DNA from: Eledone cirrhosa
Lineage: Eukaryota
Direction of reading: 5' to 3'
Length of the DNA: 64,000 bases
Assembly: GCA_964016885.1 (NCBI GenBank)
Contig: OZ024745.1
Location: forward strand, 35,154,001 to 35,218,000
Shown: piece after piece, positions 25,207 through 40,586 of the stretch
How the letters are laid out: each line of letters begins with the position of its first letter
Position numbering within the stretch: the stretch's first letter is position 1
The notes under the pieces: model-generated
Seen by the model: the letters and a program-made list of their open reading frames with translations, nothing else
What the model was told of the DNA's origin: nothing
Database searches by the model: none
Program-made: the position numbers and the translations under genes

Positions 25207-26217
25207 TCCGTTGAATCGTTTAAGTTGTGAAATAGACAGGTTTACGCACGTGGTTGGTCGCTAACCAGCACGCTACTCTATATTGCTGTGTAATGGATAT
25301 GTGTGTGTGTGTGTGTGCTTATCCCGGGTTCAATCGGGGGTAACCACAGTAAGTAAGGTACTAAATACATAGCAAAGTATAAATATCTAATATAGAAATG
25401 GCTTCTACATTTTATATATATATATATTTCTGATACAAGTCACTGCTCGTGTTTAACTTTGAAAATAACCAAGAATGTAGAGATATGCATTAATATAGTT
25501 AAATGTCTCTTTACTAAGCTATGTGGAATATAACTTAATAAATTTCATATAACATATTTAATTATGATAGACGGTTTTATTATCAAAATGGTGAAAGGTT
25601 CTGCCTAAAACGTTAAACATTTCACCTTCCACGCGGCTTAATAAATAATTTGTACCACTTTGAGTACTTTCTGCACTATTATTTTCCGACGCAGAACATC
25701 GCAATTTCTCTCGGATTCTATAGTTTTATTTGGCCTATTAAACTTTTTTAAAGCAAATTAGAATTTTAGAATACGTTGAATCACATGTAAACGTATAAAA
25801 GTACAAATGTTTGAAACACAACAAATATTATTGTCAGCTCCTAGTAATCTCTATCATTTAGAGAATATATGTACTACATTACGCATGGACCTACACTACT
25901 ACAATACTCAAAAACAATCTAACGTAGTACTTCAAGGATGTTGCAAATCATTAAACCATAAACTGTTTCGATACTTAAAACTAGTAGAAAGGCATCACCA
26001 CTTCCAGGTCTATCTATACAAAGGGAAATAATTATCGTCTTTTTTCTCGTTTTAAAGTTTTTCTTTACAATCTTTCGGTAAATTTATTTTGCCACAGAAA
26101 TACATTTGAATCGAGTTTGTGGAGCAATATTAATAGTTTAATTGTAACAACAACAACAACAACTACTACTACTACTACTACTAATAATAATAATGGTGCT
26201 GCTGCTATTACTACTGT

Positions 26218-26269
<52 letters not shown>

Positions 26270-27145
26270 GCTGTTGCTGTTGCTGATTCACTTTAGGCGC
26301 CTGAGGATCCTCATCAGAAGCGCTAGAGATGCGACTGGGAGACGGACTAATTCCTCTAAGGATGAGCCGAGTTGGTGATGGTATCTCTCGATCGCCAATG
26401 CAGCTCCGGTTGTCGAAACCCCCCCCCCAAAAACCGACGTGTCTCCCATGTCGCATCTCTGGGTGTATACAGATCCGAATTTGACAGATATCCTTTCGGG
26501 CATCCGACCGAGTACACCGGACGTCCACGGAGGCCGCCACACGAATAGGTTCCGGATTCTGGTTTGTGCTCTGTCACCACAGGTGTTATTGTCAATACCG
26601 CCGCCGCCGCTGTTGCTACCTCTATTGTTGTTAAATGCATCAACATCATCCACTTCTCGACCGCTGCTTGATGACGAAGAGAACGAAATGGTTTTCGCCT
26701 GACATTGACTGTGTGGCGATGACGAAACGAAAAAGGAAAAGGAAAGGACGAAAAGGAAAGCGAGACTCGTCGCTGACAGCTGGATTATTATTGTGGAAGT
26801 ATACACGTCGCAGGAAATTTTGTTCCCGTTATTTGCGAGATTTGTACATTGTACAGTTCAATTGCGAACGTATTTAAAAAAAATTATATTGTTTTGTTTC
26901 TAATCACACCCCGCTTCTCTTGAAGTGGTCGAAATTAATTGTTATTTAGCCTTCCTGGGCGAAATTCAAATTTGAACTTTGCATTTAGCAAATACGCCCC
27001 TCAAGAAAAATGGCTTCATTAAATAAACCCCATCTCTCTGCCATGTATACACTGCTGATTGCCGTCGTCGTCGCTGCCGCCGCTGCTGCTGCTGCTACTA
27101 CTACTACTACTACTACTACTGCTACTACTACTGTTGCTGCTGTTG

Positions 27146-27215
<70 letters not shown>

Positions 27216-28941
27216 CGCCGCCACTACCACCACTACCACTACTACTACTACTACTAAACATTAAAGGACAATAGTCAACAAACTGGAAATTAGGGAAACT
27301 ATGAATATTATTGTGTATCAGGTTATTTTATGAAACTGAATTGAATGTAAAGCACACCATCATTAGTATAACCATATTAGTTAAGAATTAATATAAACAC
27401 ATTAGTTAACTACTATAAACAACTAGTCATTGAATAACATTGGATATAAAAATGCCATGAAAGTATTAAAAACAGTGCCCAAATTTGAATAAGTTCGTAG
27501 TGTGGGTAGATGTGAATAATGCTTTGAAGGAGAAAAACAATTTTATTCATTTTATCCAAAATACCCCTTGAGTCTGTGGACAGGGAGAGAAGTGTGACTC
27601 TGAGTCAGATGGTTGCAGAGAGAACTAAAAAAAGAGGAACCACGATTGCACGACCTTGTTCATTTTCAGATAGTACAACTAAGTGGAAATAAGGAAAGAC
27701 AGCGTCCATGACCCTTTTTAGGGTCAACAAGACTGGTCCGAATTTCTTTAGAGACTGGATTCCGTTAATGGTACTCAAATAGCAATTTTGTGTTGTTAAA
27801 TTCAGCGATGGATTAAATCTGCCAACGAAGAACAAATAGTCTTGTTTCATTTATCAGATGTCACTCACAAGGGTTTGGTCGAGTCGTTAAGTACATGTCT
27901 ATTTAAGTATCTTACTGTATAACATCTCAGCAGTGATTAAGAATAAGATGTAAAATATCAGTCACTGAATATGTCCTCTATTTTATATAAATGTTTTACA
28001 TGGCATCCATGAAACAACTTTTCTCATCGACATAGTACACTACTGCAATGTCTAAACATAAACAATTAATGAGTGAGGCTTTACACTAAGATCGAATAAA
28101 ATTAAATGATAACAATTTTACGGACAGTAAATAAAGGATAGTAATGTTTCAAGAGGAGGAAAACAATCTAGGGCTTGCCAAGGAGCCTGTAAAATTCAGG
28201 ACTACCTTGATTACCAAGGGCAAGTACCCTCTTTCATTTTTATTTGCCAGCTTACAGGTGCAGGCAGAGTGCAGGTCCATTGATGCTGGTTAGGCTTCCC
28301 ATTCCCACCCACCCTTCTGTAAATATACTGGAGTGCATCACATTCTCCCCTCACCTTTTCCCTCAAGTAATAACAGTTTAGCCGAAGAGAACAGTGTCTG
28401 TGTTCAGTATTTCCAATTTCTTTTACTACATTATCTCATTCTACATACTGCGAACCTGCAGGTCTTTTCCATCCATCAGAAAGTGACGAGGTTATATTTA
28501 TAAGGAACTCACCTGGTAGCCATATGTAACCTACATCTGAAAGCAGCTATTCAGAAGTAACAGCACAGATCAGCAATGCTTGGACATTACACAAGAATAT
28601 GGAGGGGTTGGGCTTCCTTATACTTTGCGCATCTCAGATAGAACATGCCCAGGCTTCACGTTCTTTGAAGGTATCCATATACACACGGCCTAAAAATTAA
28701 TACGGCACACAGAAAGAATTTGATTATCGCCAAGGCACCAAAATTTAACTAGTCGCTCTTATCCCTTAACAACTCGGTAAATAATGCAATGCTGACACCC
28801 AGTCTGCTCCATTGCACATCGGGTAGAAAAATATGCTACCAGGCACCTAATCATGTTCTTTGCTTTACCCAGCAATGCAGCTGCAGAGAGAAAGAAAAGA
28901 AAATGGCAAACAGTGCCTACATCTGACTAAAATATTCTTAC

Positions 28942-29067
28942 CTGTCCTTCTGGGCTAATATTGGTCCTAATAGTTCTCCTGTTCAATGGCATAGTTGGAC
29001 GAAGGTTATTTCCTAAAAGGATGCTGCCTGGTGTTTCTTCTTGATTCATTTTCCTCAACTGGCGCAT
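28942..29067 (-). CDS. CA-related protein exon D
   Basis: MRQLRKMNQEETPGSILLGNNLRPTMPLNRRTIRTNISPEGQ; NxRPxxPLNxRxIRTNI is typical of CARP X/XI; CAG/GTAAG, phase 0/0. Confidence 0.9.
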
Positions 29068-29319
29068 CTGTAGATAGATACATATACATAGATAGATACA
29101 TATACATATACATATACATACACACAGAAACACAGGCACAAACACAGACACAAACAGACACAGACACTTACACAGACACACATATATACACACACACACA
29201 CCACACACTAACACACAAATATATATATATGTAGAAAATATCCGTAGGTATGATAAAGGAAAAGGAAAACAGTGCTCAATCGGGAGAAGAGAGCTGATAT
29301 ATAATATTATCTATTTATG

Positions 29320-29570
29320 ATATGTTCATACACGGAACAAAAGTGCTACTTAAGGTTTCAAGGCCCAATATTGAGCATATCTCTAGATTTCGAGAGAGAT
29401 CAAAATTGTGATCTAATCCTCAGGTGCTTAGATGAGTTTTTAAGATACCGTTAAGAGTATAGCGTGCTAAAACGCTAGTTTACAAAAAACGTATTACAAT
29501 CTGAAGATATGGTCAGTACTGGGCCTTGAAAACTTAGGTAGCACTTTCGTTCCGTATGTGAACATAAATA
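29320..29570. repeat. Diverged inverted repeat with hammerhead-like motif
   Basis: Arms ~29320-29388/29498-29567; minus-strand agca cCTGAGGA..GAAA tct ag aga TA tgct at 29374-29428. Confidence 0.55.
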
Positions 29571-30279
29571 GTGTAGTATAATATAATATATTTATATATA
29601 TATATACACACATAATATCCATATCAATATATAAGATGTACCCCCACATACATAAATAGACATACAAATATACACGCATATACATGCATACACACTATAC
29701 GCATACATATACGATGCTTGAATTTAAGTGATAATAACATTTAGGATAATTTAAGTGATAATTTAAGTGATAATAAAATATAGGATAATTTAAGTGATAA
29801 TTTAAGTGATAATAAAATGAGGGAGAAAGCATAGATTTCAGCACACTATACAAATTGTTTTGCTAGAATTTCAGTCTGTCTATTCTCCCCACTCTTTCTC
29901 AAGCATTTCGTTATTGAAAGTATGTTTAATATAGTATTGTTGACAGCGTTGTATCATTATAAACGGTAGAATGTTGTTATTGAGTTGTATACCTTCACAT
30001 TTTGAGTTTAGATCTCGCTAATTCCGAATACTTTTCTTATCTTCCTGGGACCAATAAAATAATTACTTGATAAGAACTGAAACTAATTTATTGAAGCCTT
30101 GTTTCTATGTTCAAAATAGTTATATTATCGTCGTGGTATTTATAAACGCTCAGCACATACACACGTACCCTTCCCATTACATAATACACACACACACATA
30201 CACAAACCTACACATACCATTTTTACTATCTTCTTCTCACACACATGCACAAACACACACACACACATATATATATGTA

Positions 30280-30362
<83 letters not shown>

Positions 30363-33199
30363 ATGTGTGTGTGCGTGTATATATATACAGTGTGAGAAGA
30401 AGATAGAAAAATGATACATGAATATATTAGATAGATAAATATGAATATATTTTCAGTTTCAAATTTTACATATTTTGATATTTGCACATTTCAAATCCTT
30501 ATTCTTGATTCCGTCAAATACAAATCCTATATAGATCGCCCAATAATACTTGGTGATCTAACAGTTTTCTCATGTCATCAATTGACTTCGAAGTGGTAAA
30601 CCACATATCTGGCGTATGACCTGTCATGATACGTTCTCAAGTCAGATACAGTTTCATTAACCTACCAACTGAAGATTGTCAGCAGGCGATTAGGGGAGAG
30701 ACAGCCATCCCCACGGGGCGATCTCGATCTCTCAGTGCATCTTTGTCACCATCCTTCTGGAGAAAGCATTCACCAAAGCCAAACTTAAACTTGATTTACT
30801 TTTAACAGAAATATTTATTTAAAATATAACAGACTGTAAATGTTTTCGAGAATTCGAGAGACCAAATGATTTTACATTGATGAAGATATTTATGACTGCT
30901 TTGTGGAGATGAAATATTATGTCAGAAGATATCTGTTTTCTGTTGTTATAAAAGAAAAGTCTGTTTATCTTCCTGATGAAATACAATATTTGTCACTTTT
31001 ACAAATTGATATTACAAAAAGATTAAACTCCCCAGGGAGTTGTCACTGGAAAACGGTTGCGATTCATAGTTGAACATATTTGACTTAATTTACACCACTC
31101 ATACACTAGGGAAGCGCTCGAAACTACAACACGAATTTTCTCACTAACAAATGGAAAATAAACCAATATTGCTTTGACTCAAGGTTGGCCTCATTTATCT
31201 AGTTAACAATATATAATTATTCTCAAACCTTTTCTCTTTTTCTACCAATCTCATAATCTTCTGATTTCCTTGCATCCAACCCATTATTATCTGCATTTAT
31301 TTGCATAATTTAAAGTCTCTAATTCGTTTTGTTAAGATAACATAATACAGAGAATCTTTTCTTGGGATTGAAAAACATTATCAACAAACAGAATTTCACA
31401 CAGGAACTCAATGGTTTTCATTATCGTATCTCTTTCTTTCATGTAAGTTCTAATGCTTTCTTAATTCACCTTCACTCAGTTTATGCTTTAAACTCTATAG
31501 CGCATAGGATCCATTGCATTATTAAAAGAAAAATCTTCTTTTTCCTACTTTTTTTACTCGTGTTTAATATGTGCGTAGAGTATTGGAATTATCGGAATTA
31601 TTCAAATTATTGAAATTGTTGGAACAAGTCAATAATTCCTTTCAACTGTTATATATTCTATATTATTATTGTTCGGAAGAAAATCTATATTGCATTATAA
31701 TATTTCAAAAATCCAGAAAGCTGATGGCGTGGTAGAAACGGTGGACGCCAAATTGCATGTTACGTGTTACGTAGCATTTTGTTTCACTCCACTAGTTCAA
31801 TCCTCCACGTTCTGATGTTTGATTTCATCATCACTGATCACCAATCGCATAATTCGTAATGGAGTCGTAAGTGTACGTTGTGACACATACGGTGTTTTGG
31901 AGGTATATTAAACCTGGCGGTGCTTGGCCAGTCCTTTTCCAGTTTGACCACAGCCGATTCTTACAATGAGAGACGAAACAAAGAGCAATCAATTCCAGGT
32001 GCTTTATTTATCGGCTACGAATGGATGGAAGGCAAAGTTCGTCTCAGCGGGATTTGAACTCAGAGAGCCGAAAAGAATACAGTGAAACATTCTAACTGGT
32101 TTCCTAACGACTCGACATATCAATTTAATCAAAGCAAATTAGATAAAATAGTACCAGTGATATATTTCGAGTTGATTCAAAATCACACAAAAAAGAAACT
32201 CAGGCTTTATGAAAGAATTGAAATCATTTAGGGTGCTCTACCAGATTTATAGATTTCCAGATAAAGTTCTTTGAAATATTTAGTTTTCTTAAGTTCAAAT
32301 CTCCGTGAGTTATATGAAATAGTAATCAATTACTAAATCAATACAATTAATATTGGTTCTTTTGCCAATGTTATTCAATCATTTTTAAGGAACTACTTAC
32401 ATTATTCGACAGTCTATATACGATTGACTTACTTCAAAATAAAAAAAAAGGTTTAAATAGTTTAGTTCCAAACTTGTGGCAATGTTTCATATAATTTCTT
32501 ATGATTTAATTGTTTCATCTTTACAATTCAACTGAATAAGATTTTAAGGTGTAAAGTTTAGATGACTTGAGATCTAATAATGTTATATTCTCAATTAACC
32601 GAAGATAATTTGATTATTTTCTTCAACACGTATTGTAATTCTAAATAAATGTAACAGTTAAATCTTGTGTGTTTCAACATCAAGTTCATACACAATTGGT
32701 CCAATACCTATCTCAATTACAACGAAAAATAGCAGTCAAAAATGTGAAATAAATCTAATATCGAAAGCATTGTCTTTTAATACTCGTTTTTAAGTTTTTA
32801 ATCTATACGTTTCTAATTATATTATGCTTACCTTTGTTGTAAACGTCGTAGCAAATATATTTCTAAACTTAGTTTATCTTTTTTATTTAACGGTTAATCT
32901 AGGATTCATATCATTTGAGCAAAATATATTCCTAATCAGCTAACAAAAGAAACATTTTCTGAATAGGTAGGAAAGAATGAAAAATGTACAAATTCTGTTA
33001 AATAATTCACAACATTACACAGACATTCGACTCGAAACACTCGCGAATTTGATTCATATTCGGGTGTCAAACATACAACATTCTAGCATTGTTACAGAAA
33101 GCGAGCTACGAAAAAATTATATCTCACCTTTTGTAATTATGCAAATTATACTGTACCAAATGTTTTTGCTACCCTTTCCCTACTGTCAAACATCTGTCT

Positions 33200-34325
33200 A
33201 CTGAGAAAAACATAAATGATCAAAACTAAAAAGACCGAAGCAGGTCTGTACTTGTCTCCTCTCTTAACCAGCTAACAAAGTTTCAAAATGTTCTCCTAAA
33301 TATGAAAATTAAATCCCGTGGGGAATAAAATTTGTAAAATCTCTTGATATTATCTACGCATTTGTTTGGAAGTCGTTAGCGATTGGCTTCTTTATCCAAC
33401 TAAAAGGCAAATTTGCAATCATTTAGAATTGTTTGCATTGACTCTCAGTACATCACAGCGATCTAAATATTTTTGCTTTTTTTTAAAGTCTTTCAGGAAA
33501 CTTCACTTTGCGTTCGTTTGTGACGTTTACAGTGATACTCTATTCTTTGATACTCTATTCATTTACAGTGATACTCTATTCTTCGAAGAAGAATGGCCTA
33601 ATCAACTCTCTCTCTGAAATGGCAGCCTAGATGATACCTGTAGCTGAGTGGAGAGGCTTTACAGTCACTTCAATGGTTTTCTCTAAATCCGAGAACATGT
33701 TGTGCCTATAGTTGAGCTTCTTCTCAAAGTGAAAGCGGGTTTCATCGGAGGTCCACAGCAGATTCTGAAAATGGGTTGTTTTCATCTTCTGCAGCATATT
33801 CTCATCCTTATCCTTTCTCTATCAGCTATAGTAAGCTTTTGTTTAGACTGTTTTCTCTTTGACAACCCATCTGAAAGATTTTGTGGAGAAATCTAAGGAC
33901 TGGCTTCTACTGCGCAACGATCGTTTTGGATTCTATTCAACACACTCTCAGACCAAGTCACTACCTTCCTGTGTACGCTTCGTAGATCATCCAAAGTGGA
34001 TAGAACGTTCTTCAGAGATCGTACAGAGGTTCTCCAATGCCTCATAGATCTAAAACGTCATTACCCAGTTTTGTGTATTGGCTTTGAATGGAGAATTGCC
34101 CGTCCGTTCCACAAAATGCATGAACTTGCTTCTGATTTGCTTGTGCAAGCCACATTTATTGTAGTGTTTCACACAAAATGGTTCTGGAGCTCTCAATGAG
34201 GTCCTTTTGTCTTCTCAGGCGTTGTAACTGCCATATCCTGAAATTTAAGGGTGGTCCGCTGGAACATGAATATTCAGTGACACAAAAGGTGCATGGGACC
34301 AGTTTCCATTTTTAGTCACCGTACA
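33200..34325 (-). mobile_element. Decayed Tc1/mariner-superfamily transposon
   Basis: Minus-strand fragments LLWTSDETRFHF and KPLHSATGII*AAISERELIRPFFFEE match WTSDEAHF and PLHSxKVxVWCAIS..IIGPFFFE motifs; many stops; left boundary approximate. Confidence 0.7.
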
Positions 34326-34394
34326 TATGATATTTTTAATATACGTGCATATATATATATGTATTTATATATATATTTATATATGTATATATAT

Positions 34395-34578
34395 ATAACA
34401 AAGAAAATGTGGTAACGAACCAGTTGGACCAAAACGCACCAGAGTACTCGATACTTAGGGTAGTAGTGTGTGTAATAGGAAAAGAGTCAGGACACCGACG
34501 GCTGAGCTCCGGCGTTTCAACAACTAGAGTTCGAATCTAGCTGTCGAAACGGCTTGAGCTCAGCCGTCGGGGTCCTAA

Positions 34579-34582
<4 letters not shown>
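34395..34582. repeat. Second copy of the stem-II-centred palindromic element
   Basis: Homologous to 21438-21620; symmetric about gtttcaacaactagagttcgaatctagctgtcgaaac. Confidence 0.8.
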
Positions 34583-34614
<32 letters not shown>

Positions 34615-34619
<5 letters not shown>

Positions 34620-34658
34620 GTATTCATTGAGTAATCAACGAACCATATTAATCTTTGG

Positions 34659-34706
<48 letters not shown>

Positions 34707-35791
34707 CAAAATATTAATAAATGAAAACGTTCACATAATCAAAATATATGTTTTATTATATATATTTCGGAGGTACTGTGCTGTTTTTTCAGTACGCCCT
34801 CATCAGATAAAATATATGAATTGATGCATGACATACCTCAACTGTCTTGATGGTTCAATTCCAGTCTTGGTAGTGATTTATTACAACAAATCTCAATATT
34901 TATATACACAAATAATAACATGATAAACTTAAATATGATGAAGAAGAGGATGTGGAGCAAGATGTAGGTACAAGGAGGGGGTGAGTATGAAAAATGTAAG
35001 AAGAGATAGAGAGAGAGAGAGAGATACATAGAAGAGAGGAGAGAAAAAGAGAGAAAAAATAAGATAAGATAGAAAAAGAGAGAGAGAGAGAAGAGGGAAG
35101 ACGTAACCGCGAAAAGGAAAGAATGAAAGAAAGAAAGAAAGAAGAGAGGGACATGATGCATGACCGTTGTTTTTAAATATTAAGTCAAACAGAAGCGACC
35201 AATTAAATTCCATGAAATTTTTAATATATTTGTATTTGTTTACGTTTGAATTAATTATACCAAAATTAAACAATATAAAACTATTTTCTACAGTACTCCT
35301 TTTTGCGGTTACGTCTTCCCTCTTCTCTCTCTCTCTTTTTCTATCTTATCTTATTTTTTCTCTCTTTTTATCTCCTCTCTTCTATGTATCTCTCTCTCTC
35401 TATCTCTTTTTACATTTTTCATACTCACCCCCTCCTTGTACCTACATCTTGCTCCACATCCTCTTCTTCATCATATTTAAATTTATCATGTTATTATTTG
35501 TGTATATAAATATTGAGATTTGTTGTAATAAATCACTGCCAAGACTGGAATTGAATCATCAAGACAGTTGAGGTATGCCATGCATCAATTCATATATTTT
35601 ATCTGATGAGGGCGTACTGAAAAAACAGCACAGTACCTCCGAAATATATATAATAAAACATTATGTGAACGTATTCATTTATTAATATTTTGAATAATAT
35701 TACTAACTCCAGAAAACATCACTGTAGAGTGGCTTTTAATCTATTGTAAAACTATATTCATTGAGTAATCAATGAATCATATTAACCTTTG

Positions 35792-35797
<6 letters not shown>
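34615..35797. mobile_element. Non-autonomous PLE-like element with ~410 bp inverted arms
   Basis: Arms 34704-35118/35297-35695; the 3' tail 35748-35797 is directly repeated at 34615-34666; (TA)n flanks. Confidence 0.82.
35597..35658 (+). ncRNA. Type I hammerhead ribozyme, canonical core (mirror on minus strand 34751-34812)
   Basis: ttttat CTGATGA gggcgtactg..cagtacctcc GAAA tatata TA ataaaa. Confidence 0.75.
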
Positions 35798-35840
<43 letters not shown>

Positions 35841-35924
35841 ATAATAATAAATTTGAAGACTAAAATCCAAAGAGGGCTCGATAGGGTGAAAGCAGCGATT
35901 CTTTGCTTAAACTTAAATCTGTTA

Positions 35925-35963
<39 letters not shown>

Positions 35964-35967
<4 letters not shown>

Positions 35968-38112
35968 GCAGGAGGAGAGTGACTTGGTGTGGAACAATAA
36001 GGTAGATGAGGCAGTTAAGGCCAAGAGAAGGCATGGAAAGAATGGAAGAACGGGGGGAGCAGGGTACATTACATAGAGACCAAGAGGGAAGCTAGGCGAC
36101 AAGTATACTTAGCTAGGAGGGAAGCAGAGGATAGAAAAATTCAAGCATGTTTTGCAACGTGAGAACCAGAAACAGGAGGTGTTCAAGATTGCGAGGCAGT
36201 GTGTCAGAGAGAATTGTGATGTCATTGGAGAGAAGTGTATCCGGAATGATAAAGGTGAGCTTGCCCTCACAAGTGCTGAGAAGAAAGATGCATGGAAGAG
36301 TCATTATGATAGATTACTAAATGAGGAGAATGCATTGGAAGAAGAGACCCTACCCCAAGTAGACCCTATAGAGGGGCCAGCAGTACAAGTCAGCAGCAGC
36401 GTAGTAAGTAAGGCAATCAAAGATATGAAGATGGGGAAGGCAACCGGTCCATCGGGTATAGCTGCCGAGATGCTGAAGGCATCTGGGTCTGTAGGTCACA
36501 CTATAACCACACGTATTGTTAACCAGGTAATACTAGAAGGTGTCATACCAAAAGATTGGTGCAGTAGCCTCATTGTCAACTGCTACAAAGGTAAAGGTGA
36601 TGCACTAGATAGAGGAAACTATATAGTAATAAAGCTGATGGACCAGGTCATGAAAGTAACAGAAAGAGTTATAGCACAGTTGATTAGGGACCGGGTGAAA
36701 CTAGATGAGATGCAATTTGGGTTTGTACCAGGAAGAGGCACCACTGATGCCCTCTTCCTTGTGAGGCAGTTGCAGGAAAAGTACCTAGCTAAAAGTAAGC
36801 CACTCTACCTGGCATTCGTCGATCTCGAGAAAGCCTTTGACAGAGTTCCACGTGCTGTAATCTGGTGGGCTCTTCGAAAACTAGGAGTAGATGAATGGCT
36901 TGTGAAAGCTGTACAAGCCATGTATAGGGGAGCAGTCAGCAAAGTTAGGATTAGCAATGAGTATAGCGAGGAATTTAGCGTACAGGTTGGGGTCCACCAG
37001 GGCTCTGTTCTTAGCCTCTCCTGTTCATCATAGTTCTACAGGCAATAACGGAGGAGTTTAAGACCGGATGCCCATGGGAACTCCTGTATGCTGATGACGT
37101 CGCACTTATAGCTGAATCTATGGTAGAACTAGAGAAGAAATTCCAAACTTGGAAGCAGGAACTAGAAAGAAAGGGTCTCAAAGTCAACATGAAAAAGATT
37201 AAGGTCCTTGTAAGTAGACGAGAAAACAGAACCCAGATCCCCTCAGGGAAATGGCCTTGCTCAGTATGTAGGAAAGGTGTAGGTAGGAACTCCATTCTCT
37301 GCCCCAAATGCAAACAATGGGTACACAAGAGATGTAGCGGGATCTCAGGAAGCTTAATTAAGAATGTAGGCTTCACATGCAGCAGCTGTACTGGGACAGC
37401 AAGTAGCAAACAGCCACAGGAAACAAGTACCACCAATCTCTGGGAGGGCTCTGTAGAGACAGTAGACAGCTTCTGCTACCTAGGTGACCGAATTAGCAGC
37501 GCAGGTGGATGTTCAGAAAGTACAATAACTAGGGTAAGAATGGGATGGAAGAAGTTCAGGGAACTGCTACCAATGCTAGCTGCAAAAGGCTTCTCCCTCA
37601 AAATGAAAGACTGACTGTATGATGCGTGTATCCGAACAGCAATGTTACATGGTAGTGAGACCTGGGCGCTGAAGGTGGAAGACTCATGTAGATTAGAGAG
37701 AAACGAAGCCTGCATGCTCCGATGGATGTGTAATAGTAATATACGCGAACGACAAAGCATAAATGAATTGAGAGAGAGACTGAGCATAAGAGGAATCAAA
37801 TGCTGTGTGCAGGAGAGGCGGATGCGTTGGTATGGATATGTGATGCGTATGAAGGATGATAGCTGCATAAAAAGGTGCAGAGCACTAGAAGTCGATGGAA
37901 ACCGCCGAGTGGAGAGACCCAAGATGACCTGGGATGAGATGATAAAAGCCGACCTTACCCAATTACATCTCTCAAAGGCGATGACACACGACCGTGACCT
38001 CTGGCGTCACGCAGTAATACAGAGTACCCGACCTCCCATGGGTACAAGCTGAAGCATATAGACAATATGCCCCTACACCCTCCCACTGCAAGGTCGTCAT
38101 GGAGGTGCCACA
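35964..38112 (+). mobile_element. 5'-truncated RTE-clade LINE
   Basis: KATGPSG, QFGFVPGRGTTDALF, FVDLEKAFDRVP, HQGSVLS, LLYADD, Cys-rich insert, FCYLG; frameshifts and a stop; in (TA)n. Confidence 0.9.
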
Positions 38113-38117
38113 TATAT

Positions 38118-38573
<456 letters not shown>

Positions 38574-38635
38574 TACTTCCACTCGTGTAGGACACCTCGG
38601 TTATTTTTCATTTTGTAAAAAAAACTCACTTTCTA

Positions 38636-39166
<531 letters not shown>

Positions 39167-40055
39167 CTTCTACCTGGAGTTGCGACCGATAGATAGTACT
39201 AGCAACTGGAAAGACCAACGGATACATTGTTTCCTCGGTCCGATTTGACGATAGTCGATCGATCCTTTATATATATTATTTCTGTACTGAACCTATGGTT
39301 TGGTCAATGTGTGATACTTTTTATTTTGTAGGCGTATTGTATTCTAATTTTATTTAAATGAGAAAAATCACCTTATATTTTGAAAATGCAATATATTAAA
39401 AACAGTAGAAAAGTTATATTTATAATGACATAAGGATACAAAAAACTTAAAATACTGAAATTCAGGTTTTAATTTTTTTCCTAGCTAAATCTGTGATTTT
39501 TTGTGACTTTTCACGTGAGTTTTCCCTTTCACTAAACACACACACGCATACACATATGTGTATATAACTCTCTCTCTCACTCACCCTCCTCCACTCTCTC
39601 TATCACATACAAGCTTCACACACAAACGCACACACAGATACATACTTACATATATATGTATGTGTGTGAAATAAAAATCAATAAGAAGTGATTGTATAAA
39701 TTCTTCCTGCTATAATACTCAATTCGCAGGCTTGCTCCCCAGAGTGATGCTTGAATCGTTTTCTCCGCCTTCTCAATTTGATATATAGGTAGACACCTTT
39801 TACCTTGCATGTATATAAAAAATACTGATTAATCTGTTTTCAAGAGACATCACATTTTTAACACTATATATCTTACAATTCTATGATTAATTACATTTTT
39901 AGAACCATCGCCTACAGCATACCATCATTTTTCTGTTTGAATATAGTAGTAACTTATTTTTTGCATATAAGAATGATGTGGTGAAGTCTGTGGGTAGATT
40001 TCATTGTTACAGCTCCTATAATGAGCTGGATTTGTCACTATTAAGCCTTTATGCG

Positions 40056-40111
<56 letters not shown>

Positions 40112-40173
40112 GTGTGTATATTTGTATATACATACATATATATATGTATATATTTGTATATATATATATATAC

Positions 40174-40207
<34 letters not shown>

Positions 40208-40210
40208 CGT

Positions 40211-40328
<118 letters not shown>

Positions 40329-40484
40329 TTACGCATACACGAACACACACACACACACACGCATGCACATATACACGCACACAAATATATATATATATAT
40401 GTAATAGCATCTTATTATTATAGAATTGTGACTAACACGGTTTTATGCACCAGAAATTACATTCAAATGATGACCGCGTGTCTC

Positions 40485-40586
40485 TTCTATTACTGTCTAC
40501 GGCTTTCCACACTGGACGTAGTACACTACACTTCTATTACTGTCTACGGCTTTCCACACTGGACGTAGTACACTACACTTCTATTT
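40485..40586. repeat. Tandem duplication of ~46 bp
   Basis: cttctattactgtctacggctttccacactggacgtagtacactaca occurs twice in tandem. Confidence 0.85.

Noticed and set aside
28513-28536. Micro-exon-like ag...gtgagt on the minus strand
   Set aside because: In phase 0 it reads ATG TAG and has no homology support
29720-29820. Short tandem repeats (taatttaagtgataa)
   Set aside because: Simple minisatellite; no unique spacers, so not CRISPR-like, and the context is eukaryotic
30640-30790. Faint RT-like remnant
   Set aside because: Too degraded to assign
37240-37400. Cys-rich PHD-like insert within the RTE reverse transcriptase region
   Set aside because: Common in this RTE subgroup; not novel
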